DNA from: Centroscyllium fabricii
Lineage: Eukaryota
Length of the DNA stretch: 64,000 nucleotides
NCBI GenBank assembly: GCA_051313645.2
Contig: JBNRSN020000010.1
Coordinates: 5,580,001-5,644,000 of the forward strand
Reading direction: 5' to 3'
This document shows positions 25,256 to 38,075 of this stretch, one piece after another (position 1 is the stretch's first letter; the number at the start of each line of letters is the position of its first letter). Under the pieces are notes generated by a model. That model worked only from the letters and a program-made list of their open reading frames with translations, did no database searches and was not told the origin of the DNA. A program made the position numbers and the translations under genes.

Positions 25256-25405
25256 GACCGAACTGGTATTTGCCGTGACCCGGGAGTTGCTGAAGATGCC
25301 AGAGACGTCGCTAGCCAAACCCTTGTTCACACCTACGAATCTGCTGGCGCTGTTCTCCCATTACGTCGACAGGCAGACCCTGAACGTGCTGGAGTCCAAA
25401 TTACA
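25256..25405 (+). CDS. PATL1: PAT1 homolog coding exon (W-TELVFAVTRELLKMPETSLAKP...YVDRQTLNVLESKL-Q); not in this frame in the ORF track
   Basis: TTCAG acceptor, GTGAGT donor at 25406; 150 nt, phase 2/2, completing the Trp codon from exon 8074-8165; resembles PATL1 WTEVMFMATRELLRIP...YVDRQKLNLLETKLQ. Confidence 0.93.
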
Positions 25406-26397
25406 GTGAGTATCCGGATGGCGGGGGGGAGGAACGCCGAAATTCCGGGTCTTGTTGCTGTCTGCAAACAGAAAGGAGGAACTCCCATTTCAAACAGTGC
25501 CTTTCACGACCACTGGACGTCCCAGGGTGCTTCACAGCCATTGAGATAATTCAGGGAGAGCCTAGCACAAGAAATAGGAGCAGGAATCGGCCATCCAGCC
25601 CCTCGAGGCTGCTCCACCATTCTGTAATATCAGGGCTGATCTTCGACCTCAATTCCACTTTCCTGCACTATCACCATATCCGTTGGTACCCAAAAATCCA
25701 TCGACCTCTGTCTTGAATATACTCAACGACTGAGCCTCCACACAGGCCTCTGGGGTAGAGAATTCCAAAGATTTACCACCCTCTTGAGTGGCCAGTTGGG
25801 CTGACACATCCAATCTTCACGATGGGAGTGAGTGGAAAATAATTTGCTGGACAGCAAAGAGAAGGGTTTTGGTCCATTTGGTGGGAATGGGGTTTGGTTC
25901 ATGAGGATTGTGATCCCCTATCGCAGGGTTCAGAGGCCAGAACTTTTGCAACCTTGGTGTTGTGCTTGACCCCCCAAGATGAGCTTCCGACCCCATATCC
26001 GCTCCATCACCCGGACCGCCTAATTCCACCTCCGTAACATCGCCTGACTCCACCCCTGCCTCAGCTCACCTGCTGCCGAAACCCTCTTCCGAGCCTTGGT
26101 CACCTCCTAGACTTGACTGTTCCAATGATCTCCTGGACGGCCTCCCATCTTCCATCCTGCATAAACTTGAGCTCGTCCAAAAACTCTGCTTCCCCCATAT
26201 CCGAACTCGCACCATGTCCCGTTCACCCATCGCTGACCCGCATTGGCTCCCGGTCCAGCAACTCCTCAATTTTAAAATTCTCATCCTTTTGTTCAAATTC
26301 CTCCATGGCGTCTCCCCCGCCCCCACCCTATCTCTGCAACCTCCACCTGCCCGACAACCCTCAGATCTCTGCGCTCCTGCTTCTGGGCTCTTGTGCA

Positions 26398-27728
26398 CAT
26401 AGAAACATAGAAGATACATAGAAGATACATAGATACATAGATGATAGGAGCAGGAGTAGGCTATTCGGCCCTTCGAGCCTGCTCCGCCATTCAATGAGAT
26501 CATGGCTGATCCTTCAGTTCAGTATCCCGTCCCTGCCTTCTCTCCGTAACCTTTAACCCCTTTTGCCTGCAGAAATATATCTAATTCCCTCTTAAATATA
26601 TTTAATGAGCTGGCGTCCACTGCCCTCTGTGGCAGTGAGTTCCACAGGTTTCACCACTCTCTGGGTGAAGAAATTCCTCCTCATCTCTGTCCTAAATGGT
26701 TTAGCCCTTATCCTTAAACTGTGTCCCCTAGTTCTGTACTCTCCTGCCATCGGAAACATTCCTTCTGCATCTAGTCTGTCCAGGCCTGTCAGAATTTTAT
26801 GTTTCTATGAGATCCCCTCTCAATCTTCTAAACTCCAGTGTGTACATCCCCAAACTACATAGTCTCTCCTCATAGGTCATTCCTGCCATTCCTGGTATCA
26901 GCCTGGTGAATCGCCGCTGCACTCCTTCCATGGCAAGAACATCCTTCCTCAGATGAGGCGACCAAAACTGCACACAGTACTCGAGGTGTGGTCTCACCAG
27001 TGCCCTGTACAGCTGTAGTAAGGTGTCCTTGTTCCTGTATTCTAACCCTTTTGATATGAAGGCCAGCATACCATTTGCCTTCCTGACCGCCTGTTGCACC
27101 TGCATGCTCGCCTTCAATGACTGGTGTACAAGAACTCCCAGGTCTCTCTGTACTTCCCCATCTCCCAATCGATTGCCATTTAAATAATAACTTGCCCTCC
27201 CGTTTTTGCCCCCAAGGTGGATAACTTCACACTTATCCACATTATAGTGCATTTGCCATGTATCTGCCCAGTCCCCCAATTTGTCCAAATCGCTCTGGAG
27301 CTTCCTGATCCCCTCCTCTGAGCCTACCCCCCCTCCTAGTTTAGTGTCGTCTGCGAATTTGGAGATGCTGCATCCGATTCCCTGATCTAGGTCATTAATA
27401 TAAATTGTGAACAGCTGGGGACCCAGGACAGATCCCTGAGGTACCCCACTTGTTACATGCCTGCCATTCAGAAAATGAGCCGTTTATTCCAACTCTCTGT
27501 TTCTATCTGCCAGCCAGTTCTCTATCCACGTCAATACTTTTCCCCTTATCCCATGCGCCTTGATTTTACATGCTAGTCTTTTATGTGGGACCTTATCGAA
27601 GGCTTTTTGGAAGTCCAGGTACACCACATCTACTGGCTCTCCCCCATCTATTTTACCAGTTACTTCCTCAAAGAATTCTAATAGATTCGTCAAGCACGAT
27701 TTACCTTTTGTAAATCCATGTTGACTCT
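26398..27728 (-). mobile_element. CR1 LINE 3' 1.3 kb
   Basis: TNLLEFFEEVT, VYLDFQKAFDKVPH and RPHLEYCVQFWSP, with the tail at 26398-26445. Confidence 0.9.
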
Positions 27729-28039
27729 AGGAGCAGGAGTAGGCCATTCGGCCCTTCGAGCCTGCTCCGCCATTCAATGAGATCATGGCTGATCATCCAA
27801 ACCCAGTACCCCGTCCCTGCCTTGTCCCCATATCCCTCGATCCCTATCGAACCTGCACCGACACATATCCCACGCTATCCCTGTAACCCCACATACTTAA
27901 TCCCCCTAACACTAAGGGTCAATTTATCCTGGCCAATCAACCTAACCCGCACATCTTTGGACTGTGGGAGGAAACCGGAGCACCCGGAGGAAACCCACGC
28001 AGACAAGGGGAGAATGTGCAAACTCCACACAGATAGGCA
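27729..28039 (-). mobile_element. HE1-like V-SINE, 5'-truncated
   Basis: Same core as 10611-10981. Confidence 0.87.
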
Positions 28040-28508
28040 CCCACCCCCTCCCCCATTGGTGGCCGTGCCTTCAGCTGCCTGGGCCCTAAGCTCTGGAATT
28101 CCCTACCTAAACCTCTCCACCTCTCCTCATGAAAGACGCTCCTTCAAACCTACGTCTTCGATCACCTGTCCTAATATCTCCTCATGGCTTGGTATCAAAT
28201 TTTGTTTGATAATTGCTGCTGTGAAGTGCTTTGGGATGTTTTGTACTACGTGAAAGGCGCTAAATAAATTTATGTTGTTGTCTGAGTCACTGCTTCACCC
28301 AATCTCCCATCATCCCCTCTGTCTGGGGCTGGATTTGACCCCTTCACCCCCAGGTCCCACAGGGTGAAAGGTCAGAGTGCGACCCAGTCCCTCCACTTCC
28401 TGTTATGCAGCAGCTGTTTGTTGGCGGGAGTGCGCGCTTACACCTCGCTGACTATTCATCGTCTTGTCACAGTTTGACGCTCGTTCTCGTCTCTCTCTCC
28501 CCGGGCAG

Positions 28509-28530
28509 GCTCTCCGCGAAGCCACGGTAG
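28509..28530 (+). CDS. PATL1: PAT1 homolog terminal coding exon (Q-LSAKPR*)
   Basis: CT-rich tract with CAG at 28506-28508; phase 2 completes the Gln codon; TAG at 28528-28530; same length as the PATL1 terminus QLVQGIR*. Confidence 0.8.
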
Positions 28531-29622
28531 AGAGGTCACAGAACGGTGCCCTGGGGTCAACGCGAGGCATCCCGCTGGCCGCCACGACATCCCGGGCGCG
28601 CGTTTCCCCGGCGACCACAAACAAGGCAACGCGGAGCGGGTTCCAATAAAACCAAAACTTTCCTACTTTATTTTTCTAAGATCCCAGGGGTGGGGGTGGG
28701 TGTGGACTCTGGGGGCCGAGAAGGAAGCTTGGTCCTGCCCCACTCCCCCCTTGTGCTGATATCATGCGGGGGAGCTTGGCGGGGGGAGGGGGGTGGTGAG
28801 GTGCGTGTGCGACGCTTTGCGGTGCATTCTGCCTTCGGAAGCGGGCGGCGCCTCACGAAATGCTGGTGGTGTCCCTTTAAATCGTCTGCCAGCGTGTCTG
28901 GGGCGGGATTGTGGGTCACGGATTTTAGTCGGCAGGAGGAGGAGGAGGACAAGTGGTGGCAAGAGAGGAAAGCCCACGGTGGCAATTTGTCACGGCGATA
29001 ACTGCACAGAACGATAAGTCAGGAGGCATTCGCCATCAAAGATCGCTGTTTCCACGCGCCCGGTTGGCGCGGGACTCGGGGGTCCATTTGCATTGAATTC
29101 AGAGCCAATTCATAATGAATTGCATCCCATTCACGTTGAGTTCCCATCCAGTTCACAATGAATTTACGATTGGGAGTGAATTCACCTCCAGCTCGGCTTG
29201 CAGTCGATGCATTCCATGGCAAATTGGTATTGAATTCCTGTCCAGTCCACCCGAGTTTCAGTTCCCATTGAATCCTGACTGGCGGCCATGTGTGTGCCAT
29301 AAAAACTCTGTGCCTTTGCGCTGGCAGCCTCCGATTGCGCCAGCTTTCAGGGTATTAGCCCGAATGTTAGCCACCAAGATCCTGGGCAGAGCCGATCTGT
29401 TTTGGGGGGTGGCCGGAGGAGGGGGGCGAGGAGCAGAGAGAGAGAGGAGTTTCCTGGCCCTCTTAGACTTCCTCCCACACCTGACAGTTTACATTGTATC
29501 TCCAGCCCGGTCTTGCCCACCATATCTTTTGTTTTGTCCTCTTGTGCCTGCTGTATAAAACGAGCCCAGTGGAAGGGGCTGTTTAAACTAACCAGTCTGG
29601 AGCGACGGACTTATTTCCGCGC

Positions 29623-29653
<31 letters not shown>

Positions 29654-30714
29654 GCGGCTAGCTGCCAATGCCAGAGTGGGCACCGTGGCCTGCTCCCCGC
29701 CAACTGGGCAGTCTTGGGTACGGGGCAACTTCGCACGAGGGCGCTGCCGGTCACCAGAGTGCAGCCAGGTCAGTGTGTGCGCGCGCGCACGCTTGCCCGA
29801 TCGGTAGGTGGCCGTGAATACCCGCGATGCCAGTGGGTTCACCGTGGCAGAAACCCGTCCAGACGTGCCCACGTCGCAATTGAAAAACGGTGCTGCGGTT
29901 TTATTTCCCCTTAATTTTCTCCATCGTGTCGGGGCCTTTCAATCACTTTGGACTCTTATCGGGTTTTAATCTTTTTTTTTTGAAGAATCATTAAAAGAAG
30001 GGGGCTTTGTAAATGTGTAATTCCGCCCCCCACCCCCCAATCCCCATAGCTCACTTGGTGTATTGCCATTCAGTGTGTAGTACTGGAGGGGTTGGAGGGG
30101 GGGTTCAGCTCAGTTGTGTGGGTTGGGTTGTGTAGCGTAGATCTCCAGGCCAGACAAGACAAAAAGACAAGTGAAGGCAGGAGATTGTTGTGTCTGGCGT
30201 GACTGTGCGTTCGATTAGGTGCGGGACGGAATCTATGACTGTTGGGAGGGCTGGTCCCTTGAGGGTTTTGACTGCTCAACTCTTTCTCTCCCCCCCCCCC
30301 CCCCCACCTCGGTGACCTCTTGTGCAGAAATCCCGGTGTGCTCTGCCGCTTTGCTTCACTCTGCCACCTGCGATCGGGAATTTTCGAACCCTCTCCTTGA
30401 CAGAGGGAGCCCATGTGCGTTTTGCGTCATCTTTGGGAGATGAAGGAGTGGCGGTATTGGGGCTACTTTTTTTTAACTGAAGCATTTTTAACAGATGTAT
30501 ATTAATCCGCTGCATTACTGCAGATCTGATCCAGCTTGGGTCCGGCTACCGCCTTAACTCGCTGTGCGTGGAGGTCTTTGCTGCCATAAATGTCAGATAT
30601 CTCTGTCTGAATGGAGCAAGGGGACAACTCACCCCCCCTCCCCCTAGGATGTTGCCGTTGCCCCAGTTGAATCTGATGAGATTAAAGGATCCCCTGCAAC
30701 TGATTTCCCCCCAT

Positions 30715-31035
30715 CTCCATAGCTCAGTTGGTGTATGCCATTCGTAGTCTAGTGCAGAGCCATTGGGACTAGGCAGGTCCCAAAGTACACGGCGGGGGTG
30801 GGCTGCTGCAATTTTCTCCTTTCCCCACCACAGCACCCCCATAGCTCACTTGGTCGGTGCCATTCGTAGTCTGGTTCCGAGATATTGGGACTAGGAAGAT
30901 CTCAAGTACCCAGCGGGGGTGGGCTCATACAATCCCCCACCCCATCCCCATAGCTCGCTTGGTCGGTGCCATTCGTAGTCTGGTGCCAAGCCATTGGGAC
31001 TAGGAAGGTCTCAAGTACCCAGCGAGGGTGGGCTG
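30715..31035 (+). repeat. about 110-120-bp imperfect direct repeat, 3 copies (partial 4th at 30041)
   Basis: CCATAGCTCACTTGGTCGGTGCCATTCGTAGTCT...ATTGGGACTAGGAAGGTCTCAAGTACCCAGCGGGGGTGGGCT. Confidence 0.8.
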
Positions 31036-31994
31036 GTAAAATTGGACCCCAGCACCCTTGGGTTTGGCAAATTCTGACAGAGGTTCCTGCTCCTGGTCGC
31101 TCGGGCAAGGTACTGACTTCAGGTTGGGGGGACGAGACCACGCATGGCTGCGGGGTGGGGGCGGTTTGACCTGTGACCCCCCCCCCCCCAGTGAGCAGCG
31201 CCGTGACCCCCAGATGTATCATGAAAGTTGGACTGCTGGCACATCTCCCCCTTTTCAGATGCAAAAAAGTTTATTAGATTCCCCAACCACCTCGGGTACA
31301 ATCTCAAACCACCACCCCCCCACCCCCACCCCCCCCCGACTGTGCCAGGGAGTGTGGACAGTTTGCCCAAGGGCACGATTGGTTTTGGCTCCGCAATGCC
31401 TCCCTCGGTCGAAAAGCACCCAAGCCGCAAGCGAGCGAGTGGTTGGGAAGAGCTGCGGCAACAAGGGCGCAGGGGGGTTTCCGGAACATTCCACCCCGGT
31501 AACGCACGTCAATGATCGGTCTCCGGGCGGATTTGTACGTAAGATGGGAGTGGACGGATCGAATTGTGGATACCAGAGCTGTGTAACTGGGTCCAATTCG
31601 ATGGGGATAACCTGTCGCTGAGCTGAATGTGCAAATACAGAAATCTATATGTCTCTTTATTTTGCGTTTAATCCTTGTGACTTCGTGTCGCTCGCTGAAT
31701 GGGTCACCACCTTTGACCCGGGGGGTGATCTCAAATCGATGTGCACATTTGTAATTGGTAATTTTCAGGGGGAAGGAATGCTAAGAATAGAGATCTCTGC
31801 TGATAAATGCTACCCATTTACCCCACCCCGTCCCACCTCTGTTGCCACCATCTCAGAATGGTACCGGACCAGGGCAGTTCCAGGCTCCAATCCTGGCCTG
31901 TGCGGAGTTGACCGATCTGGTAAAGATTTCAACTGGCCTCAGCACCTCTGGGCCACTGGCGAGGTGGGGTGGAATTGATCCGGGTTCCCGCTTG

Positions 31995-32300
31995 GGGGGG
32001 GGTTACTGAGTGATAGTGTGAGGGAGCTGGATTAACATCAGTAGAGATAGTCAGTAACACAGGGTGCTGGGGGCGTGGGGTTGCTGAGCGACAGTGTGAG
32101 GGAGCTGGATTAACATCAGTAGAGATACACTCAGTATCACAGGGCGCTGGGGGAGAGGGGTTACTGAGCGATAGTGTGAGGGAGCTGGATTGACATCAGT
32201 AGAGATACAGTCAATGTCATGGTGCTGGGAGAGGGGTTACTGAGTGACAGTGTGAGGGAGATGGATTAACATCAGTAGAGATAGAGTCAGTAACACAGGG
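31995..32300 (-). repeat. 78-bp minisatellite, about 4 copies, reverse orientation of 2127-2900
   Basis: GTTACTGAGTGACAGTGTGAGGGAGCTGGATTAACATCAGTAGAGATA repeated. Confidence 0.88.
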
Positions 32301-34086
32301 ACTGCACCCCATGGTAGTGTTGCCCAAGATTCAACGCATGGGGGTTGGGGAGTGATGACGGCGGTGAAGAGAAGGTTAAGATCTCACTTGCCGCTGTGCT
32401 GGGTGAGCGAGGTTAGTTGTAGAACGCTTTACCCAGTTACCGTCAGCCGATTGGACCTGTGACCGCAACTGGCCACGGATCATCCCGGTCCCCTCTTGCT
32501 GCCTTGGACAGTGGCCCCGTACTCCTTCGCTCGCCATCTGGTCTCGCTACCTGTCGACACTTGCTCAGTTGTGCCCCGCCATTTCTGAAAGCGTGCACGC
32601 ACACTTCCGCCCTGCCAACCTCTCTACGGCCATCCTCATTGTGTTCCCATCCCGACACGGTCTTAAACCTTGAGGTTACAGGGCCAGAGAATGAGGGACA
32701 AAGACAAAAATCATTGACTTAAATCTCCTGGCTCCTTCCCCCGCCTCCCTAAATACAATCTCCAGGTTAGTCGACTCCTTGTGACTACACCTTACTGGGA
32801 ATGCGAACTCTCACGATATGGAAAAAATAAATCATTAAAATATATTTTAAAAACTTGCCTTTTTAAGTACCTGATGGACAATAAGGTTTCGAAAGATGTA
32901 GGGTTTAGCTGGGATTGAATTATTAACCTCTGACCTGTGTGTGTGTGAAGGTGACATTGGTTAAGCCTAGGGCGATATTTGCTATGCTCTCAAACACACA
33001 CACAGACTGTGCTGGACTATATTTTCTTTAGTTTGCCCCTTCCTCTCTTTCCCCCCCTCCCCTTTCCCGTCTCTCTCTGGGTTTGTTCCTGCGTTAATGT
33101 TCATAACACGGAGGAGAATTTTGCTGCACATTATTAAACACTTTTGCTTTTACAAAATGTACTCTATGTTTTTAAATACAAAAACTTAACACTTTTTTTG
33201 CTTTCATTAAAAAAAAAAGATATAACTTGGGAACTTTGTGTGGTGTTTTATTTCACAAGGGGAAATGAACGGCCTGAAGTTGGACGGAGCTTTGTGTAAT
33301 TAACGATCGGCCCGAGATTGGTCAGCCACTGGGACCCTGGGGGACAAATCAAGTCCCAGGCGGAGGGGATGATTGGCCCTTCTCTCTGATGGGGAGACTG
33401 GGACAGTTTCAGTGCGATTGGGTGAGAAATAAGGAGGAGGCCGTGCAGTCCCTTGAGCCTGTTCCGCCATTCAATGAAAACATAAGAAATAGGAACAGGA
33501 GTCGGCCCTTCGAGCCTGCTCCGTCATTCAATGAGATCATGGCTGATCTTCCACCTCCTCTCCACTTTCCCGCCCGATCCTTTTTTTTTTTGAAATGTTT
33601 ATTTCGAATATGTTTTTAAAAAAAAAGAAAACAAGATACAAAGAAAAACATATTTTAAAAAAACAAGCTATTTTTTCAATCAAAACGAACAAAATAAATT
33701 TACATATCCGAAAAGGAGTGAGAAGAAGTATAACTTATTAACTCCCACCCCTTCTCCATAAATCAATAAAATTACAAGCTTCCTTACTAATATATGCTGA
33801 TACATCATCTAACAAATATATAGTAATTTATATTCTATATTATTACATACTATATTATTATTATAATATATTATATTGTCATTATATAAACCATATACAG
33901 CATTACATTATTATATGCCAATATAATATGTTAACAGATAATTGTAACAATAAATATATAACAATCATATGCCAATATAGATAATTACTATAATTTAATT
34001 ACCGATATAACACCAACATCACAAAAAACGGAAAAGAAACTAAAGAAAATAAATATTAAGTAACCAAAAAATAAATAGTATAACCC

Positions 34087-37000
34087 TTATAACACCTGGT
34101 AATTGTCAACCCCCCTTTCATCCCTGTACCTCGTGAAGACCATGTCTTTATAACTTGTTTTGAACTGGTTTATGTTTGGACATTGCTTTAATTCCACATC
34201 AAAACCGTTCCATAGCTTCACCCCGCAAATTGATATACAAAAACTTTTCCTGGTTGTACGGATATTATAAATTTTGAAATTATATTTTCCCCTTAAATTG
34301 TAACCCCCCTCTCGATCTCTGAACAATTTATGAATATTTCCTGGTAGTAAATTATTTTTAGCTTTGAATATTATCTGTGCTGTTTGAAATTTCACAATGT
34401 CAGTGAATTTTAATAATTTTGACTGTAAGAATAATGAATTAGTGTGTTCCAGATAACCAACATTGTGAATGATCCGTATTGCTCTTTTTTGTAGGATTGT
34501 TAGTGAATATAATGAAGTTTTGTAGTTATTGCCCCAAACCTCTGCACAGTAATGTAAATATGGTAAGACTAGTGAACAGTAGAGAGTGTGGAGTGATTTA
34601 TGATCCAAAACCTTCTTTGCTTTGTTAATTACTGCAATGCTTCTTGATATTTTGGTCTGTACATGTTTGATATGTGATTTCCAGCTGATTTTGTCGTCTA
34701 TAGTTACTCCAAGAAATTTATTTTCATGAATTCTTTCAATTTCTACCCCATCTATTTGTATTTGTACCTGTGTATTTATTCTATAATTACCAAATAACAT
34801 TAATTTTGTTTTATTTAAATTTAATGTTAATTTATTTCTATCAAACCATATTTTTAGTTTACTCATTTCATTAGTGATGTCTTCCTGTAGTTGTTTCAAA
34901 TTCTCCCCAGAACAGAAAATACTGGTATCGTCCGCAAACAAAACCAGCTTCAATATGTTTGACACTCTGCATATATCATTGATGTACATAATGAATAGTT
35001 TTGGGCCCAACACTGACCCCTGGGGGACACCACAAGCAATGTCCAAACACGATGAACGAGAGTTACCCAACTTCACAAACTGTTGTCTTTTGCTTAAATA
35101 ACTTTTAACCCAGTCTAGCACTAGTCCCCTGATACCACATCTCTCCAGTTTATTGATTAATATGTCATGGTTGATTGTATCAAAAGCTTTTTTGAGATCG
35201 ATGAATACTCCAATTGCATATTGTTTGTGATCTATTGCATTTGTGATTTCCTCGATTGATTCTATTATTGCCATTGATGTCGATCTGTTTGATCTAAACC
35301 CGTATTGACTATCTGTAAGTAATTTGTGTTTTTCTATGAATATGTCCAGTCTGTTGTTGAATAGTTTTTCTAATATTTTAGAGAATTGTGGTAGTAAGGA
35401 GACAGGCCTATAGTTTGTGAAGTTGTGTTTGCTCCCAGTTTTGTACAGAGGTATGACTTTAGCTATTTTCATTTTGTTTGGAAATGAACCGGTTTGAAAT
35501 GATAAGTTGCAGATGTATGTTAATGGTTTTGAAATCCCCTCAATGACCTTTTTTACTAATGTCATGTCAATATCATTGTAGTCAGTAGACTTTTTGCTCT
35601 TACATTTTTTAACAATATCCAATATTTCCTTTTCATCCACTGCTTTGAGAAACATTGAGCTGGGATTTCTCTCCAACAACACATCTAGATTTTCTCCAGT
35701 TGTCCCTGGATCAGGGATTCTATCTGCTAGGTCAGGTCCTACATTTACAAAGAATGCATTGAAGCTATTAGCCACTCCATCCATATTATAATTTTCAGTA
35801 TCTTTATCAATAAAAAACTTAGGAAAACTATTTTGTCTAAAGCCATCTTTTATAATACTGTTCAATATTTTCCATATTCCTTTAATATTATTTTTGTTAT
35901 TATCTAATATATTCTTATAATAATCTTTCTTGCTTATCCTTATAATATTAGTTAACTTATTTTTATATTTTTTATATTTATTTTCTGCCTCTTTAGTTCT
36001 CTGTCTTATAAAATCTCTATAAAGTGTATTTTTCTTTTTGCAGGCATTTTGTAACCCTTTTGTGATCCATGGACAATTAATATATGTTAGTTTACTGTTG
36101 TATACCTTAACTGGACAGTTTTTATCATATAATGACCTAAATATTCCTAAGAATATGTCATATGCACTGTCAGTGTCTTTTTCTCTGTATATTATATCCC
36201 AGTTCTGTGCCAATAATTCATTTTTTAGTGTGTTGATAGATTCCTCTGACCTCAATCGTCTGTATTCTGTTTGCTTATCTATCTTGTTCCTGTAGTTGCT
36301 ATCATAGACTGTAAAAACTGGCAGATGATCACTGATGTCATTGATTAATAAGCCGCTTATTGTGCTTTTTTCAATGTCATTGGTGAATATATTATCAATT
36401 AAGGTTGCACAATGGGATGTAATTCTGCTGGGTCTAGTGATTTTTGGAAACAGGCCCATACTATACATTGTGTTGATAAATTCATCTGTAATTGTATGAT
36501 TACTTGGATTTAACAGGTCAATATTTAAGTCCCCACATATAAATATAGTTTTGTTACTTATTTTTGAAAACATGCATTCCATCCAGTTCTTGAATGTTTC
36601 GATACTTGTACCTGGTGCTCTATATATACAGCTTATGACAGCATTTCTATTTTTTTCCTTGCAGATTTCAATTGTTATACATTCAAGTAGGTTATCAACC
36701 ACAGTTGTCATACTGTCCAAAACCTTAAAGCTTAAGGTTTTATCCACATATATAGCGGCGACTCCACCACCCTTGTTTTGTCTATTATTATACTTAAGTT
36801 CATAACCATCCAGCTCAAAGTCCATCCCTTTCTCACTGTTGATCCAGGTTTCAGATATTGCAATTATATTGAATGGTTGTGAAAATGTGTGCAGATAGTC
36901 CTTGATGTTTTTAAAGTTTGTATACAAGCTTCTGCTATTGAAGTGGATAATTGATAATTTGCCCTTTGATTTGATGTTCTGGTTATACTGCGCATCAGTG

Positions 37001-37188
37001 TAATAACTGCATTTATTGTTGACAGTGGAGAAGAAATTATTGTCTGGGTCTATATCATGTTCCATATCCAGTATGTTGTGATCCGTGTATTCAAATGCAT
37101 TCAGTTCCAGTTGGTCATATTCATTTATCCTCTGAGTTATGTGTCTGTTGTCTCCCGATGTAAAGTGAGTTCTGTTAATGTCTGTCAT
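34087..37188 (-). CDS. LINE ORF2: APE endonuclease plus reverse transcriptase, 1033 aa, uninterrupted
   Basis: HFNSRSL, IAISETW, GDLNIDL, LIDNIF, SDHLP; NYRPVSLL, QYGFR, FIDLKKAFD, GVPQGSVLGP, LFADD. Confidence 0.95.
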   Translation of the reverse strand: MTDINRTHFTSGDNRHITQRINEYDQLELNAFEYTDHNILDMEHDIDPDNNFFSTVNNKCSYYTDAQYNQNIKSKGKLSIIHFNSRSLYTNFKNIKDYLHTFSQPFNIIAISETWINSEKGMDFELDGYELKYNNRQNKGGGVAAIYVDKTLSFKVLDSMTTVVDNLLECITIEICKEKNRNAVISCIYRAPGTSIETFKNWMECMFSKISNKTIFICGDLNIDLLNPSNHTITDEFINTMYSMGLFPKITRPSRITSHCATLIDNIFTNDIEKSTISGLLINDISDHLPVFTVYDSNYRNKIDKQTEYRRLRSEESINTLKNELLAQNWDIIYREKDTDSAYDIFLGIFRSLYDKNCPVKVYNSKLTYINCPWITKGLQNACKKKNTLYRDFIRQRTKEAENKYKKYKNKLTNIIRISKKDYYKNILDNNKNNIKGIWKILNSIIKDGFRQNSFPKFFIDKDTENYNMDGVANSFNAFFVNVGPDLADRIPDPGTTGENLDVLLERNPSSMFLKAVDEKEILDIVKKCKSKKSTDYNDIDMTLVKKVIEGISKPLTYICNLSFQTGSFPNKMKIAKVIPLYKTGSKHNFTNYRPVSLLPQFSKILEKLFNNRLDIFIEKHKLLTDSQYGFRSNRSTSMAIIESIEEITNAIDHKQYAIGVFIDLKKAFDTINHDILINKLERCGIRGLVLDWVKSYLSKRQQFVKLGNSRSSCLDIACGVPQGSVLGPKLFIMYINDICRVSNILKLVLFADDTSIFCSGENLKQLQEDITNEMSKLKIWFDRNKLTLNLNKTKLMLFGNYRINTQVQIQIDGVEIERIHENKFLGVTIDDKISWKSHIKHVQTKISRSIAVINKAKKVLDHKSLHTLYCSLVLPYLHYCAEVWGNNYKTSLYSLTILQKRAIRIIHNVGYLEHTNSLFLQSKLLKFTDIVKFQTAQIIFKAKNNLLPGNIHKLFRDREGGYNLRGKYNFKIYNIRTTRKSFCISICGVKLWNGFDVELKQCPNINQFKTSYKDMVFTRYRDERGVDNYQVL

Positions 37189-37233
37189 GGTTGTTTGTAG
37201 GTGTTTGTTACCTCACAGTCCAGTTCATGTTGA

Positions 37234-37932
37234 TCATTGGTACTCGTCCAGATCCACGATATTTCTGATAATCCTCACTTTGGCTTCCTCGGGGGTCCCG
37301 TTTAATTTGATGAATATTTTACAGTTTGAAGTCCAAGTGTTTTGTATTTTTCCCTGTTTTTTAAGGCAGCGAGCTTTTCTGGCTATGTCAGCATTGTGTT
37401 TAGTTAGGTGCTCGTTTATGAAGACGTTTGATCCCTTTAGCCTTCTTCCTTGTTTCAGCAGTGCGGTCTTGTGTTTTCTGTTAGCAAACCTCAGTATGAT
37501 AACCGGTTTGTCGCTGGCTTTTCTCCTGTGCAGAGGGTGACATGCTTCGATGTTATTACAGTCCAGTTCGATCCCCTTGGACTGTAGAAAAGTAGCCACC
37601 TGTTGCTCCGTTGAGCTAGCATCCAGTTCACTAGGCTCACCCCCATTGTCGGTGGCCACCGCCCGAGCGTATGACCGGGGCTTTGTATGGAGTCCAGTGA
37701 TGATCACATCATTCATCCTTGTGTACTGCTCCAGGTCCGCCACTCTGCTCTCCAGATAGTCAACTCGCTTGTCTTTCTCAGCGTTCTGGATCCGCGGAGC
37801 CTTCACTTCCTCGACCAGCTCCATGATACTCTTCTGCTGTAGCCTGACAGCAGAAACTTCCTCCGTTAAGAAGTCGAGCGACTTTTTAATGTCGTCGATG
37901 TCCTCTTGTGACTGGATCTTCTTGGGACCCAT
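37234..37932 (-). CDS. LINE ORF1 (coiled coil plus L1-like RNA-binding domain), probable start MGPKK
   Basis: Heptad region ending LESRVADLEQYTRMNDVIITGL, then IEACHPL, VIILRF and VFINEHLT, typical of transposase_22-like ORF1. Confidence 0.85.
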   Translation of the reverse strand: MGPKKIQSQEDIDDIKKSLDFLTEEVSAVRLQQKSIMELVEEVKAPRIQNAEKDKRVDYLESRVADLEQYTRMNDVIITGLHTKPRSYARAVATDNGGEPSELDASSTEQQVATFLQSKGIELDCNNIEACHPLHRRKASDKPVIILRFANRKHKTALLKQGRRLKGSNVFINEHLTKHNADIARKARCLKKQGKIQNTWTSNCKIFIKLNGTPEEAKVRIIRNIVDLDEYQ

Positions 37933-38075
37933 GTAGCCCGGTTTCGTGCGAGTTTTCCAGGCAATAATCTCTGAATCTCTGAATCTGAGTAGCTGCACTC
38001 CACAGGGCGCCAGAGAGTTAAGATAATTTACTCGTAAATCTTCTTTTTCTTTGGACAGGCATTGATTTTACCCTA

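Larger units (their letters stand above)
28531..33235 (+). other. Probable long 3' UTR of the PATL1-like gene
   Basis: Almost free of the retroposons that fill the rest of the window; AATAAA at 28645-28650 and 32826-32831; ATTAAA at 33206-33211 followed by a GT-rich tract. Confidence 0.55.

Noticed and set aside
1413-28530. Calling the gene PATL2
   Set aside because: Motifs such as HFVQIMCIRKGKR, ARNLPFL.KKD.QDEVLPCL and YVDRQ.LN.LE.KLQ fit PATL1 better from memory; orthology still needs a phylogeny and synteny check.
28403-31978. Numerous GC-rich ORFs downstream of the PATL1 stop
   Set aside because: Low-complexity Gly/Pro/Arg translations with no recognisable domain or splice pattern; consistent with UTR sequence.
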